Source: Escherichia coli (GTDB lineage Bacteria; Pseudomonadota; Gammaproteobacteria; Enterobacterales; Enterobacteriaceae). From it: 64,000 nt of DNA. The stretch's first letter is position 1. Each line of letters opens with the position of its first letter. The translations under genes were made by a program, and so were the position numbers. Below, one piece after another: positions 42,597 through 56,268 of the stretch. The notes under the pieces were generated by a model. That model did no database searches. It was not told the origin of the DNA and saw only the letters and a list, made by a program, of their open reading frames with translations. The stretch lies in NCBI RefSeq assembly GCF_017348835.2, contig NZ_CP071375.1; one strand, given 5' to 3'.

Positions 42597-44804
42597 ATGT
42601 CGACTCCTGACAATCACGGCAAGAAAGCCCCTCAATTTGCCGCGTTCAAACCGCTAACCACGGTACAGAACGCCAACGACTGTTGCTGCGACGGCGCATG
42701 TTCCAGCACGCCAACGCTCTCTGAGCTCTCTGAAAACGTCTCCGGCACCCGCTATAGCTGGAAAGTCAGCGGCATGGACTGCGCCGCCTGTGCGCGCAAG
42801 GTAGAAAATGCCGTGCGCCAGCTTGCAGGCGTGAATCAGGTGCAGGTACTGTTCGCCACCGAAAAACTGGTGGTTGATGCCGACAATGACATCCGTGCAC
42901 AAGTTGAATCTGCGGTGCAAAAAGCGGGCTATTCCCTGCGCGATGAACAGTCCGCCGACGAGCCACAAGCATCGCGCCTGAAAGAGAATCTGCCGCTGAT
43001 TACGCTAATCGTGATGATGGCAATCAGCTGGGGTCTGGAGCAGTTCAATCATCCGTTCGGGCAACTGGCGTTTATCGCGACCACGCTGGTTGGGCTGTAC
43101 CCGATTGCTCGTCAGGCATTACGGCTGATCAAATCAGGCAGTTACTTCGCCATTGAAACGTTAATGAGCGTAGCCGCTATTGGTGCGCTGTTTATTGGCG
43201 CAACGGCTGAAGCTGCGATGGTGTTGCTGCTGTTTTTGATTGGTGAACGACTAGAAGGTTGGGCCGCCAGCCGCGCGCGTCAGGGCGTCAGCGCGTTAAT
43301 GGCGCTGAAACCAGAAACCGCCACGCGCCTGCGTAACGGTGAGCGGGAAGAGGTGGCGATTCACAGCCTGCGCCCTGGCGATGTGATTGAAGTTGCGGCG
43401 GGCGGGCGTTTGCCTGCCGACGGTAAACTGCTCTCGCCCTTTGCCAGTTTTGATGAAAGCGCCCTGACCGGCGAATCCATTCCGGTGGAGCGCGCAACGG
43501 GCGATAAAGTTCCTGCAGGAGCCACCAGCGTAGACCGTCTGGTAACGCTGGAAGTGCTGTCAGAACCGGGTGCCAGCGCCATTGACCGGATTCTGAAACT
43601 GATCGAAGAAGCCGAAGAGCGCCGCGCCCCCATTGAGCGGTTTATCGACCGTTTCAGCCGTATTTATACGCCAGCAATTATGGCCGTCGCCCTGCTGGTA
43701 ACGCTGGTGCCGCCGCTGCTGTTTGCCGCCAGCTGGCAAGAGTGGATTTATAAAGGGCTGACGCTGCTGCTGATTGGCTGCCCGTGTGCGTTAGTTATCT
43801 CCACGCCCGCGGCGATTACCTCCGGGCTGGCAGCAGCGGCACGTCGTGGGGCGTTAATTAAAGGCGGTGCGGCGCTGGAGCAGCTAGGTCGTGTTACCCA
43901 GGTGGCGTTTGATAAAACCGGTACGCTGACCGTCGGTAAACCGCGCGTTACCGCGATTCATCCGGCAACGGGTATTAGTGAATCTGAACTGCTGACACTG
44001 GCGGCGGCGGTCGAGCAAGGCGCGACGCATCCACTGGCGCAGGCGATCGTGCGCGAAGCACAGGTTGCTGCACTCGCCATTCCCGCCGCCGAATCACAGC
44101 GGGCGCTGGTCGGGTCTGGCATTGAAGCGCAGGTTAACGGTGAGCGCGTATTGATTTGCGCTGCCGGGAAACATCCCGCTGATGCATTTGCTGGTTTAAT
44201 TAACGAACTGGAAAGCGCCGGGCAAACGGTAGTGCTGGTAGTACGTAACGATGACGTGCTTGGTGTCATTGCGTTACAGGATACCCTGCGCGCCGATGCT
44301 GCAACTGCCATCAGTGAACTGAACGCGCTGGGCGTCAAAGGGGTGATCCTCACCGGCGATAATCCACGCGCAGCGGCGGCAATCGCCGGGGAACTGGGGC
44401 TGGAATTTAAAGCGGGCCTATTGCCGGAAGATAAAGTCAAAGCGGTAACCGAGCTGAATCAACATGCGCCGCTGGCGATGGTCGGTGACGGTATTAACGA
44501 CGCGCCAGCGATGAAAGCTGCCGCCATCGGGATTGCAATGGGCAGCGGCACAGACGTGGCGCTGGAAACCGCCGACGCAGCATTAACCCATAACCACCTG
44601 CGCGGTCTGGTGCAAATGATTGAACTGGCACGCGCCACTCACGCCAATATCCGCCAGAACATCACTATTGCGCTGGGGCTGAAAGGGATCTTCCTCGTCA
44701 CCACGCTGTTAGGAATGACCGGACTATGGCTGGCGGTACTGGCAGATACGGGTGCGACGGTGCTGGTAACGGCGAATGCGTTAAGGTTGTTGAGCAGGAA
44801 ATAA
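42597..44804 (+). CDS. zntA: Zn(II)/Cd(II)/Pb(II)-translocating P-type ATPase ZntA
   Basis: 735 aa; N-terminal metal-binding GMDCAAC, CPC motif (IGCPCALVIS), DKTGT phosphorylation site. Confidence 0.95.
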   Translation: MSTPDNHGKKAPQFAAFKPLTTVQNANDCCCDGACSSTPTLSELSENVSGTRYSWKVSGMDCAACARKVENAVRQLAGVNQVQVLFATEKLVVDADNDIRAQVESAVQKAGYSLRDEQSADEPQASRLKENLPLITLIVMMAISWGLEQFNHPFGQLAFIATTLVGLYPIARQALRLIKSGSYFAIETLMSVAAIGALFIGATAEAAMVLLLFLIGERLEGWAASRARQGVSALMALKPETATRLRNGEREEVAIHSLRPGDVIEVAAGGRLPADGKLLSPFASFDESALTGESIPVERATGDKVPAGATSVDRLVTLEVLSEPGASAIDRILKLIEEAEERRAPIERFIDRFSRIYTPAIMAVALLVTLVPPLLFAASWQEWIYKGLTLLLIGCPCALVISTPAAITSGLAAAARRGALIKGGAALEQLGRVTQVAFDKTGTLTVGKPRVTAIHPATGISESELLTLAAAVEQGATHPLAQAIVREAQVAALAIPAAESQRALVGSGIEAQVNGERVLICAAGKHPADAFAGLINELESAGQTVVLVVRNDDVLGVIALQDTLRADAATAISELNALGVKGVILTGDNPRAAAAIAGELGLEFKAGLLPEDKVKAVTELNQHAPLAMVGDGINDAPAMKAAAIGIAMGSGTDVALETADAALTHNHLRGLVQMIELARATHANIRQNITIALGLKGIFLVTTLLGMTGLWLAVLADTGATVLVTANALRLLSRK

Positions 44805-44812
44805 AGGTGTTG

Positions 44813-44835
44813 CCTGATAGCCTCTGGCTATCAGG
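44813..44835. terminator. Bidirectional hairpin after zntA (cctgatagcc-tct-ggctatcagg)
   Basis: Perfect 10-bp inverted repeat 9 nt after the zntA stop, abutting the stop of the convergent small ORF. Confidence 0.5.
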
Positions 44836-44836
44836 G

Positions 44837-45145
44837 TTAGTGCTGGGCCGGGAACGGTGGCATGGTCAGGAAAGTGTAATATAGCGCTAACATCAGAATG
44901 ACGGAGATAACACAACATGTAGCAACCAGGCGGGACGTGAATGATGGCCTTTTGAACATCAACCACAGGGCATAAGCAAGCCCGACGCCGTTAAGTAAAG
45001 GTAAAAAAATCATTAGCCAGAGCCAACCACAGGCAAGTACCCCCAGCCATCCCCCCACGGCGATTAAAACAGGCATCAGCCAATTGGGGGCGAACATCGC
45101 GAACAATCCCAGCAATCCCAGGCAAACAGGAATTAAATAATCCAT
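44837..45145 (-). CDS. Hypothetical small membrane protein (about 3 TM helices)
   Basis: 102 aa ORF, strongly hydrophobic with W/L/G-rich helices; no clear SD; no family recognised. Confidence 0.3.
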   Translation of the reverse strand: MDYLIPVCLGLLGLFAMFAPNWLMPVLIAVGGWLGVLACGWLWLMIFLPLLNGVGLAYALWLMFKRPSFTSRLVATCCVISVILMLALYYTFLTMPPFPAQH

Positions 45146-45169
45146 TTGTGTATTCCATTACACTTGCTT

Positions 45170-45203
45170 GCCGGATGCGGCGTGAACGCCTTATCCGTCC
45201 TAC
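45170..45203. repeat. REP (repetitive extragenic palindrome) element
   Basis: gccggatgcggcgtgaacgccttatccgtcctac matches the canonical E. coli REP GCCGGATGCGGCGTGAACGCCTTATCCGGCCTAC with one mismatch. Confidence 0.8.
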
Positions 45204-45289
45204 GTACCGGTTTCAAGCAGCAACATTGAGTGCGATCGGTCCACTCGCCCCTCTGGGGAGAGGGTTAGGGTAACAGTCCGTGATCCACC

Positions 45290-45535
45290 TTAACCACCTT
45301 TACGAATCAAATAACGATAAGGCAGTCCATCCGTCTCTTTAGCAACCAGTTCGTGTTCCATAAAGGTACAAAACCCAGGAATATCGCGGGTCGTCGCCGG
45401 ATCGTCAGCAATAATCAGCAACGTTTCACCTGGCTGCATATTGCGCACTGTTTTGCGCACCATCATGACTGGTTCCGGGCAGCGCAGGCCAAGTGCGTCG
45501 AGTGTGTGGTCAGGGCTGGAAAAGAGATCGGTCAT
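45290..45535 (-). CDS. tusA: Sulfur carrier protein TusA
   Basis: 81 aa [33 protein letters not shown]... CPxP motif. Confidence 0.95.
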
Positions 45536-45744
45536 TTTCTTCTCATCACATAAAAAAACGGCGCTAGTTTACGCCCTGTGAGTCCGTAAGCAAACCAGGT
45601 TAACGATTGCGTGAAAATTAACCATTGCATTGTCAACGTAAAGCAGTATCATGCGGCGGCTCGAAAAAAGGGTAAGCACGTATAAAATAGCGTGTCGCAC
45701 GTATTGGGTTCCCTCACCCCAATGGTTAATCAAAAAGGTACAAT

Positions 45745-46410
45745 ATGAACGTTTTCTCGCAAACTCAACGCTATAATGCGTTGTTCTGGTTATCGTTATT
45801 TCATCTGCTGGTGATCACCTCCAGTAACTATCTGGTTCAGCTTCCCGTCTCCATTTTTGGTTTCCATACCACCTGGGGCGCGTTTAGCTTCCCGTTTATT
45901 TTCCTTGCTACCGACCTGACCGTGCGTATTTTTGGCGCACCGCTGGCCCGTCGTATCATCTTTGCGGTGATGATCCCGGCGTTGCTGATCTCCTACGTCA
46001 TCTCGTCGCTATTCTATATGGGTTCCTGGCAGGGATTCGGCGCACTCGCCCACTTCAACCTGTTTGTCGCCCGTATCGCCACCGCCAGTTTCATGGCCTA
46101 CGCGCTGGGACAGATCCTCGACGTGCACGTTTTTAACCGCCTGCGTCAGAGTCGCCGCTGGTGGCTGGCACCGACAGCGTCCACACTGTTCGGTAACGTC
46201 AGCGACACGCTGGCCTTTTTCTTCATTGCCTTCTGGCGTAGCCCGGATGCCTTTATGGCTGAACACTGGATGGAAATCGCGCTGGTCGATTACTGTTTCA
46301 AAGTGTTAATCAGTATCGTTTTCTTCCTGCCAATGTATGGCGTATTACTCAATATGCTGTTGAAAAGACTGGCAGGTAAATCCGAAATCAACGCTTTGCA
46401 GGCGAGTTAA
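45745..46410 (+). CDS. yhhQ: Queuosine precursor transporter YhhQ
   Basis: 221 aa multi-TM ORF MNVFSQTQRYNALFWLSLFHLLVITSSNYL. Confidence 0.9.
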   Translation: MNVFSQTQRYNALFWLSLFHLLVITSSNYLVQLPVSIFGFHTTWGAFSFPFIFLATDLTVRIFGAPLARRIIFAVMIPALLISYVISSLFYMGSWQGFGALAHFNLFVARIATASFMAYALGQILDVHVFNRLRQSRRWWLAPTASTLFGNVSDTLAFFFIAFWRSPDAFMAEHWMEIALVDYCFKVLISIVFFLPMYGVLLNMLLKRLAGKSEINALQAS

Positions 46411-46482
46411 AGGTTCGTTATCAGAGTTGTGATAAGATGGATGAATGAGCCGTTATGGCCGTTTATCGAAAGGAAGAAGTCA

Positions 46483-47040
46483 ATGCGCAATCTGGTTAAA
46501 TATGTCGGAATTGGCCTGCTGGTTATGGGGCTTGCGGCCTGTGATGATAAAGACACTAACGCTACGGCGCAGGGTTCGGTCGCGGAAAGTAACGCTACCG
46601 GGAATCCCGTCAACCTGCTTGATGGCAAGTTAAGTTTCTCGCTGCCAGCGGATATGACCGACCAGAGCGGTAAGCTGGGAACGCAGGCCAATAACATGCA
46701 TGTCTGGTCCGACGCCACCGGGCAGAAAGCAGTCATCGTCATCATGGGCGATGATCCGAAAGAAGATCTGGCGGTGCTGGCGAAGCGTCTGGAAGATCAG
46801 CAACGTAGCCGCGATCCGCAGCTGCAAGTAGTGACCAACAAAGCCATTGAGCTGAAAGGTCACAAAATGCAGCAGTTAGACAGCATTATCTCCGCGAAAG
46901 GCCAGACGGCGTACTCTTCCGTTATTCTGGGTAACGTGGGTAATCAACTGCTGACCATGCAAATTACGCTGCCCGCTGACGATCAGCAAAAAGCGCAGAC
47001 CACCGCAGAAAACATCATTAATACGCTGGTTATTCAGTAA
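46483..47040 (+). CDS. dcrB: Periplasmic lipoprotein DcrB
   Basis: Track ORF from 46429; conserved start [20 protein letters not shown] (lipobox) at 46483. Confidence 0.88.
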
Positions 47041-47043
47041 GTT

Positions 47044-48261
47044 TTAAGATGATGAGGCGGCCTCAGGGACGTGTTCCGGAGGCCGTTTTTTTAATCGCCA
47101 CGTCAGTAATAACGCGATTGCGACCAGTCCCGCCGCCGCCAGATAAATCACCGGTACGCCCGCCCAACTCATCACCAGCCCAGCCAGTGGTCCAGTCACG
47201 CCAAGCGATAAATCCATAAATACGGTGTAAGTTGCCAGCGCCGCCCCCTGATTTTGCTGCGGAACCGCTTTTACCGCCACTACACCCAATGCCGGGAACA
47301 CCAGCGAAAACCCGGCCCCCGCCAGTAAGACGCCGATTTTCGCCATCCACGGCATAGTCGCCACGCCAACCAGTAGCAGGCCGATTATCTCAACGCTAAA
47401 GCAAATCATCGCTACGTTTAAGCCGCCGATACGGTTAATGCCGTTAGGGAATAACAAACGCGTACCGACAAACGCACAGCTAAACAGCGTCAGCGCGAAA
47501 GCCGCACCGTCCCAACCTTTAGCGTCATAAAACAGCGTGATAAAGGTGGCGATGACGCCAAATCCGGCGGAAGCCAACGCCAGCGCCATACCGTACAGCC
47601 AGACGCGCCCAAGCACCGCGCGAAACGGCAGCGGTTTGCCTTTACTGGCTTTTACCGTCGGACGCGGGATCGCCAACAAAATGGCCACCAGCGCCACGGC
47701 CATAATGATTAACGCTAACGCCTGCAAGCCGCCCCAGTGATAAAACACGACACCTAACGGCGCACCCATCGCCATCGCCCCATAAGTGACAATACCGTTC
47801 CACGAAATCACCCGTCCGATATGCAGCGAGCCAACCACGCCAACGCCCCACAGGGTCGATCCCGTTCCGGCAAAACTTTGCCCAATCCCAAGGATGACGC
47901 GTCCCAGGCAAAGTAATAACAGGCTGATGACGGGCAGACTGGCGGTTAATCCTGCCGTCAGATATCCCAGACCGCTCAAAAAGCAGCCGCATAAACCGAA
48001 GACGACAATCTTTTTGGGGCCCAGCAAATCGGCGTAACGTCCGGCATGAGGACGGCTCAGCAAGGTGGCAAAATATTGCAGGCTGATAACCAATCCTGCC
48101 CAGAAAGCGCTAAAGCCCATCACATCATGGACATAGCCCGGTAATACAGCGAGCGGCAACCCGATGGTGAGGTAGCTGGCGAAGTTAAACATGACAATGG
48201 AGACAATGCGCAAATTCAGGCGCAATCCGTTTAGCGCGGGTTCGGCTACGGGTTCGGGCAT
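47044..48261 (-). CDS. yhhS: MFS transporter YhhS
   Basis: Track ORF to 48303; conserved start MPEPVAEPALNGLRLNL at 48261; 12-TM MFS. Confidence 0.88.
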   Translation of the reverse strand: MPEPVAEPALNGLRLNLRIVSIVMFNFASYLTIGLPLAVLPGYVHDVMGFSAFWAGLVISLQYFATLLSRPHAGRYADLLGPKKIVVFGLCGCFLSGLGYLTAGLTASLPVISLLLLCLGRVILGIGQSFAGTGSTLWGVGVVGSLHIGRVISWNGIVTYGAMAMGAPLGVVFYHWGGLQALALIIMAVALVAILLAIPRPTVKASKGKPLPFRAVLGRVWLYGMALALASAGFGVIATFITLFYDAKGWDGAAFALTLFSCAFVGTRLLFPNGINRIGGLNVAMICFSVEIIGLLLVGVATMPWMAKIGVLLAGAGFSLVFPALGVVAVKAVPQQNQGAALATYTVFMDLSLGVTGPLAGLVMSWAGVPVIYLAAAGLVAIALLLTWRLKKRPPEHVPEAASSS

Positions 48262-48392
48262 GAGGATCACCACATTTTTACAACAGTGTTTCATTTTTAC
48301 CACGTGCTGACGTGAAAATCAGCAGTAAGAATCAGAATATTGCTGGCGTGACTCCCGCTACACTTAATACAAAAAGTCACAAGGAAGCCCCA

Positions 48393-49442
48393 ATGGAAAC
48401 CCCTCAACCCGATAAAACGGGCATGCACATTCTGCTCAAGCTGGCCTCGCTGGTAGTGATCCTCGCGGGCATTCACGCAGCGGCAGATATCATTGTGCAG
48501 CTGTTACTGGCGCTGTTTTTTGCCATCGTCCTCAACCCGCTCGTTACCTGGTTTATTCGACGGGGAGTAAAACGCCCCGTTGCCATTACGATTGTGGTGG
48601 TGGTGATGCTGATCACACTAACCGCGCTGGTCGGCGTACTGGCGGCATCGTTTAACGAATTTATCTCTATGCTGCCGAAGTTTAATAAGGAGCTGACGCG
48701 CAAACTTTTTAAATTGCAGGAGATGTTGCCTTTTCTTAATTTGCATATGTCGCCGGAGCGAATGCTGCAGCGGATGGACTCGGAAAAAGTGGTTACCTTC
48801 ACCACAGCGCTAATGACCGGGCTTTCCGGGGCAATGGCGAGCGTGCTTTTGCTGGTGATGACCGTAGTTTTTATGCTGTTTGAAGTGCGCCACGTCCCTT
48901 ACAAAATGCGTTTTGCATTGAATAATCCACAGATTCATATCGCCGGACTACACCGCGCCTTAAAAGGTGTTTCGCACTATCTTGCATTGAAGACGCTACT
49001 CAGTTTATGGACAGGTGTCATCGTCTGGCTGGGGCTGGAGCTGATGGGGGTGCAGTTTGCGCTGATGTGGGCAGTACTGGCGTTTTTGCTCAACTACGTG
49101 CCCAATATCGGCGCGGTAATTTCCGCCGTACCGCCAATGATTCAGGTGCTGCTGTTTAATGGTGTTTACGAATGTATTCTGGTCGGCGCATTGTTTTTAG
49201 TTGTCCATATGGTTATCGGCAATATTTTAGAACCACGGATGATGGGCCATCGCCTGGGGATGTCCACCATGGTGGTATTTCTTTCATTGTTAATTTGGGG
49301 ATGGCTGCTCGGCCCGGTAGGGATGCTACTTTCGGTGCCATTAACCAGCGTGTGTAAAATCTGGATGGAAACCACCAAAGGCGGTAGCAAACTGGCGATT
49401 TTACTGGGGCCAGGCAGACCGAAAAGTCGGTTACCGGGATGA
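48393..49442 (+). CDS. yhhT: AI-2E family transporter YhhT
   Basis: Track ORF from 48312; conserved start METPQPDKTGMHILLKLAS at 48393. Confidence 0.88.
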   Translation: METPQPDKTGMHILLKLASLVVILAGIHAAADIIVQLLLALFFAIVLNPLVTWFIRRGVKRPVAITIVVVVMLITLTALVGVLAASFNEFISMLPKFNKELTRKLFKLQEMLPFLNLHMSPERMLQRMDSEKVVTFTTALMTGLSGAMASVLLLVMTVVFMLFEVRHVPYKMRFALNNPQIHIAGLHRALKGVSHYLALKTLLSLWTGVIVWLGLELMGVQFALMWAVLAFLLNYVPNIGAVISAVPPMIQVLLFNGVYECILVGALFLVVHMVIGNILEPRMMGHRLGMSTMVVFLSLLIWGWLLGPVGMLLSVPLTSVCKIWMETTKGGSKLAILLGPGRPKSRLPG

Positions 49443-49496
49443 GGCGACAAGTGATACGATACGCACTTTCATTTTCCATTAAACGTTGGCCCTGAT

Positions 49497-50084
49497 ATGT
49501 ATCGGATAGTTCTGGGGAAAGTTTCGACCTTAAGCGCAGCTCCACTGCCACCGGGTTTACGCGAGCAAGCACCGCAAGGTCCACGACGCGAACGCTGGCT
49601 GGCGGGGCGTGCATTGCTTTCGCACACGCTTTCCCCGCTACCGGAGATCATCTATGGCGAACAAGGCAAACCGGCATTCGCGCCGGAAACGCCGCTATGG
49701 TTCAACTTAAGCCATAGCGGTGACGATATCGCCCTGCTGTTGAGCGATGAAGGCGAAGTCGGCTGCGATATCGAAGTGATTCGCCCGCGCGCCAACTGGC
49801 GCTGGCTGGCGAACGCCGTATTCAGCCTCGGGGAACACGCTGAGATGGACGCCGTGCATCCTGATCAGCAACTGGAAATGTTCTGGCGCATCTGGACGCG
49901 CAAAGAAGCCATCGTTAAACAACGTGGCGGCAGCGCCTGGCAAATCGTCAGCGTAGACAGCACCTATCACTCCTCGCTGTCAGTCAGCCATTGTCAGCTA
50001 GAAAATTTAAGTCTGGCGATCTGCACCCCCACCCCCTTTACGCTCACCGCCGACAGTGTGCAATGGATCGATTCAGTTAACTGA
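49497..50084 (+). CDS. acpT: 4'-phosphopantetheinyl transferase AcpT
   Basis: 195 aa MYRIVLGKVSTLSAAPLPPGLREQAPQGPRRERWLAGRALL... Confidence 0.9.
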   Translation: MYRIVLGKVSTLSAAPLPPGLREQAPQGPRRERWLAGRALLSHTLSPLPEIIYGEQGKPAFAPETPLWFNLSHSGDDIALLLSDEGEVGCDIEVIRPRANWRWLANAVFSLGEHAEMDAVHPDQQLEMFWRIWTRKEAIVKQRGGSAWQIVSVDSTYHSSLSVSHCQLENLSLAICTPTPFTLTADSVQWIDSVN

Positions 50085-50129
50085 TCCGCCCACCCGACTG
50101 CCCATCTATTGATCCAGAACAGGTAATCA

Positions 50130-50157
50130 GTATGACGAATACTTAAAATCGTCATAC
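50130..50157 (+). promoter_or_regulatory. NikR operator (GTATGA-N16-TCATAC) in nikA promoter
   Basis: Exact match to the NikR dyad GTATGA-N16-TCATAC, 38 bp upstream of the nikA start. Confidence 0.85.
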
Positions 50158-50194
50158 TTATTTTCGCCATCTATTTTAATCCATTGGGGTTACC

Positions 50195-51769
50195 ATGCTC
50201 TCCACACTCCGCCGCACTCTATTTGCGCTGCTGGCTTGTGCGTCTTTTATCGTCCATGCCGCTGCACCAGATGAAATCACCACCGCCTGGCCGGTGAATG
50301 TCGGGCCACTAAACCCGCACCTTTACACGCCTAACCAGATGTTCGCCCAGAGCATGGTTTATGAACCATTGGTGAAATATCAGGCAGACGGTTCGGTGAT
50401 CCCGTGGCTGGCAAAAAGCTGGACTCATTCAGAAGATGGCAAAACCTGGACCTTCACCCTGCGTGATGACGTGAAATTCTCCAACGGTGAACCGTTCGAT
50501 GCCGAGGCGGCGGCAGAAAACTTCCGCGCAGTACTCGATAACCGTCAACGTCACGCCTGGCTGGAGCTGGCAAACCAGATTGTTGATGTTAAAGCACTCA
50601 GTAAAACAGAGCTGCAAATTACCCTGAAAAGCGCCTACTATCCTTTCCTGCAAGAACTGGCCCTGCCCCGTCCTTTCCGTTTTATCGCTCCCTCGCAGTT
50701 TAAAAACCATGAAACCATGAACGGAATTAAAGCGCCGATTGGCACCGGACCGTGGATTTTGCAGGAATCGAAACTGAATCAGTACGATGTCTTCGTCCGT
50801 AACGAAAACTACTGGGGCGAAAAGCCAGCGATTAAAAAGATCACCTTTAACGTCATCCCGGACCCGACTACCCGCGCGGTGGCGTTTGAAACTGGCGATA
50901 TCGACCTGCTGTACGGAAACGAAGGGTTATTACCGCTCGATACCTTCGCCCGCTTTAGCCAGAATCCGGCTTACCACACCCAACTGTCACAGCCGATCGA
51001 AACCGTGATGCTGGCGCTCAATACCGCCAAAGCCCCCACCAACGAGCTGGCAGTACGTGAAGCTCTTAATTACGCGGTGAACAAAAAATCGCTGATTGAT
51101 AACGCGTTGTATGGCACCCAGCAGGTCGCCGACACCCTGTTTGCCCCTTCTGTGCCCTACGCCAACCTCGGTCTGAAACCGCGCCAGTACGATCCGCAGA
51201 AAGCGAAAGCGTTGCTGGAAAAAGCCGGTTGGACGCTGCCTGCGGGCAAAGACATCCGCGAGAAAAATGGTCAGCCGCTGCGCATTGAACTGTCGTTCAT
51301 CGGCACCGATGCGTTAAGCAAATCGATGGCGGAAATCATTCAGGCTGATATGCGCCAGATTGGCGCAGATGTCTCGCTGATTGGCGAAGAAGAGAGCAGT
51401 ATCTATGCTCGTCAGCGCGACGGTCGTTTTGGCATGATTTTCCACCGCACCTGGGGCGCGCCATACGATCCACACGCCTTCCTGAGTTCAATGCGCGTAC
51501 CGTCGCACGCTGACTTCCAGGCACAGCAAGGATTAGCCGACAAGCCGCTGATTGATAAAGAGATCGGCGAAGTGCTGGCGACCCATGACGAAACGCAACG
51601 TCAGGCGCTGTATCGCGACATTCTGACCCGTCTGCATGACGAGGCGGTTTATCTGCCTATCAGTTACATCTCAATGATGGTGGTATCAAAACCGGAGCTG
51701 GGTAACATCCCCTACGCGCCGATCGCCACCGAAATTCCGTTCGAACAGATTAAACCGGTGAAACCTTAA
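50195..51769 (+). CDS. nikA: Nickel ABC transporter periplasmic binding protein NikA
   Basis: 524 aa with signal peptide [25 protein letters not shown]. Confidence 0.95.
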
Positions 51770-52709
51770 TGTTGCGTTACGTATTACGCCGCTTTCTGCT
51801 GCTGATCCCGATGGTGCTCGCCGCCTCGGTGATCATTTTTCTGATGCTGCGCCTCGGCACCGGCGACCCGGCGCTCGATTATCTGCGTCTGTCTAACCTG
51901 CCGCCGACGCCGGAGATGCTGGCCTCTACCCGCACCATGCTCGGGCTGGATCAGCCGCTGTACGTCCAGTACGGTACCTGGTTGTGGAAGGCGCTGCATC
52001 TTGACTTTGGTATCTCATTCGCCAGCCAACGCCCGGTGCTGGACGATATGCTGAACTTCCTGCCCGCCACGCTGGAACTTGCAGGTGCCGCGCTGGTATT
52101 AATTCTGCTCACTTCCGTGCCGCTCGGTATCTGGGCGGCGCGCCATCGCGACCGTCTGCCGGATTTCGCCGTACGTTTCATCGCGTTTCTTGGCGTGTCG
52201 ATGCCTAACTTCTGGCTGGCGTTTTTACTGGTGATGGCGTTTTCGGTATATCTGCAATGGCTACCCGCGATGGGCTACGGCGGCTGGCAGCACATCATTT
52301 TGCCTGCGGTTTCCATTGCCTTTATGTCGCTGGCGATTAACGCGCGGCTGCTGCGCGCCAGTATGCTGGACGTCGCCGGTCAGCGTCACGTCACCTGGGC
52401 GCGGCTACGCGGCCTGAATGACAAACAGACCGAGCGTCGCCATATTCTGCGTAATGCCTCGCTGCCGATGATCACCGCCGTGGGGATGCACATTGGCGAA
52501 CTGATTGGCGGGACGATGATTATCGAAAACATCTTTGCCTGGCCTGGCGTCGGGCGCTATGCGGTGTCGGCGATTTTTAACCGTGACTATCCGGTGATCC
52601 AGTGCTTTACGCTGATGATGGTGGTGGTTTTTGTAGTCTGTAATTTGATTGTCGATTTGCTCAACGCCGCGCTGGACCCGCGCATTCGTCGTCATGAAGG
52701 AGCGCACGC

Positions 52710-52713
<4 letters not shown>
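51769..52713 (+). CDS. nikB: Nickel ABC transporter permease NikB
   Basis: 314 aa permease ORF. Confidence 0.95.
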
Positions 52714-55517
<2,804 letters not shown>

Positions 55518-55534
55518 GTTATTTCTAAAACGAG

Positions 55535-55582
55535 GAAAGAAAAGATATTAACTGAACTTAATTTATAAAATTAAGTTCAGTT
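55535..55582 (-). terminator. AT-rich perfect hairpin (15-bp stem aactgaacttaattt / aaattaagttcagtt) with U-tract, 3' of hicB-like gene
   Basis: Perfect 15-bp inverted repeat with 3-nt loop at 55550..55582; minus-strand RNA continues AAUAUCUUUUCUUUC. Confidence 0.5.
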
Positions 55583-55636
55583 GCATAGATAGATCCTGTA
55601 AAGGCAGATATTCTGCGTAATGTACGCCGCTATAAG

Positions 55637-55996
55637 TTATAAATGATTCAAACGCTCATTCAGTGTTTCAATAATATAGGTATTAACAGAGACTTGTTGC
55701 TGCGCAGCCGCATTATTAAGGCGTTCACTCAGCGATTCTGGATAACGTAACGTAAAGGTTTTAATCTTTTCTGTACGCGCATACGGCTCAATACCCGCAG
55801 CTTTACAATCCTCAAGATACTCTCGCAGGGAAAGCTCTCCTTCTTTTTGCAGCCCCTGAATACTGTCAGAGACAAAATCACAATAACCTGACAAGCCCAG
55901 GAATTTGCCACGAAATGCATTCAGTTCTGGCACGTAAGTGATAACTGCAGGTTGCCCGGCAATCTCCATAGAGTTTGGCGTCTTCAGTTTGATCAT
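55637..55996 (-). CDS. hicB: HicB-like antitoxin (RNase-H-like N-domain + C-terminal ribbon-helix-helix)
   Basis: 119 aa; C-terminus KTFTLRYPESLSERLNNAAAQQQVSVNTYIIETLNERL is a CopG/RHH DNA-binding motif; start overlaps upstream hicA-like stop (ATGA). Confidence 0.7.
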   Translation of the reverse strand: MIKLKTPNSMEIAGQPAVITYVPELNAFRGKFLGLSGYCDFVSDSIQGLQKEGELSLREYLEDCKAAGIEPYARTEKIKTFTLRYPESLSERLNNAAAQQQVSVNTYIIETLNERLNHL

Positions 55997-56268
55997 GGTT
56001 TTACCCCTATACTTAGTAACCAGTCACGCACGCTTTCTACAGCGCCTTTATCGGTATCTGGCGACGGATGAGGCCGATGGAAACACGCAACGCTCATATT
56101 TAGTATGAACTTACAACGCGAACCTCTTCCTTCCTTAATTTCTCCGCCTAACGCTTTAACCAGAGATTCTATATCAGTCCATTTGATTCCTTGAGGTAAA
56201 GGTGATTTAAATAGCTGATCCAGTGTGTTTTTTTGTTTCTTTCGTAAAGCCTGTACCTGTGTTTACAT
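55993..56268 (-). pseudogene. hicA: HicA-like mRNA-interferase toxin reading frame interrupted by TAA at codon 2
   Basis: Frame reads ATG-TAA-TQVQALRKKQKNTLDQLFKSPLPQGIKWTDIESLVKALGGEIKEGRGSRCKFILNMSVACFHRPHPSPDTDKGAVESVRDWLLSIGVKP-TGA; TTGACT/TAAAGT promoter-like elements and AGGGA SD precede the ATG; only in-frame ATG downstream is 34 codons from the end. Confidence 0.5.

Noticed and set aside
42654-42972. Two overlapping minus-strand ORFs at the 5' end of zntA
   Set aside because: Antisense to the zntA metal-binding domain; no start context; shadow ORFs.
50108-50121. Possible FNR half-site (TTGAT…) upstream of the NikR operator
   Set aside because: Only one half matches the TTGAT-N4-ATCAA consensus in my reading; too weak to call.
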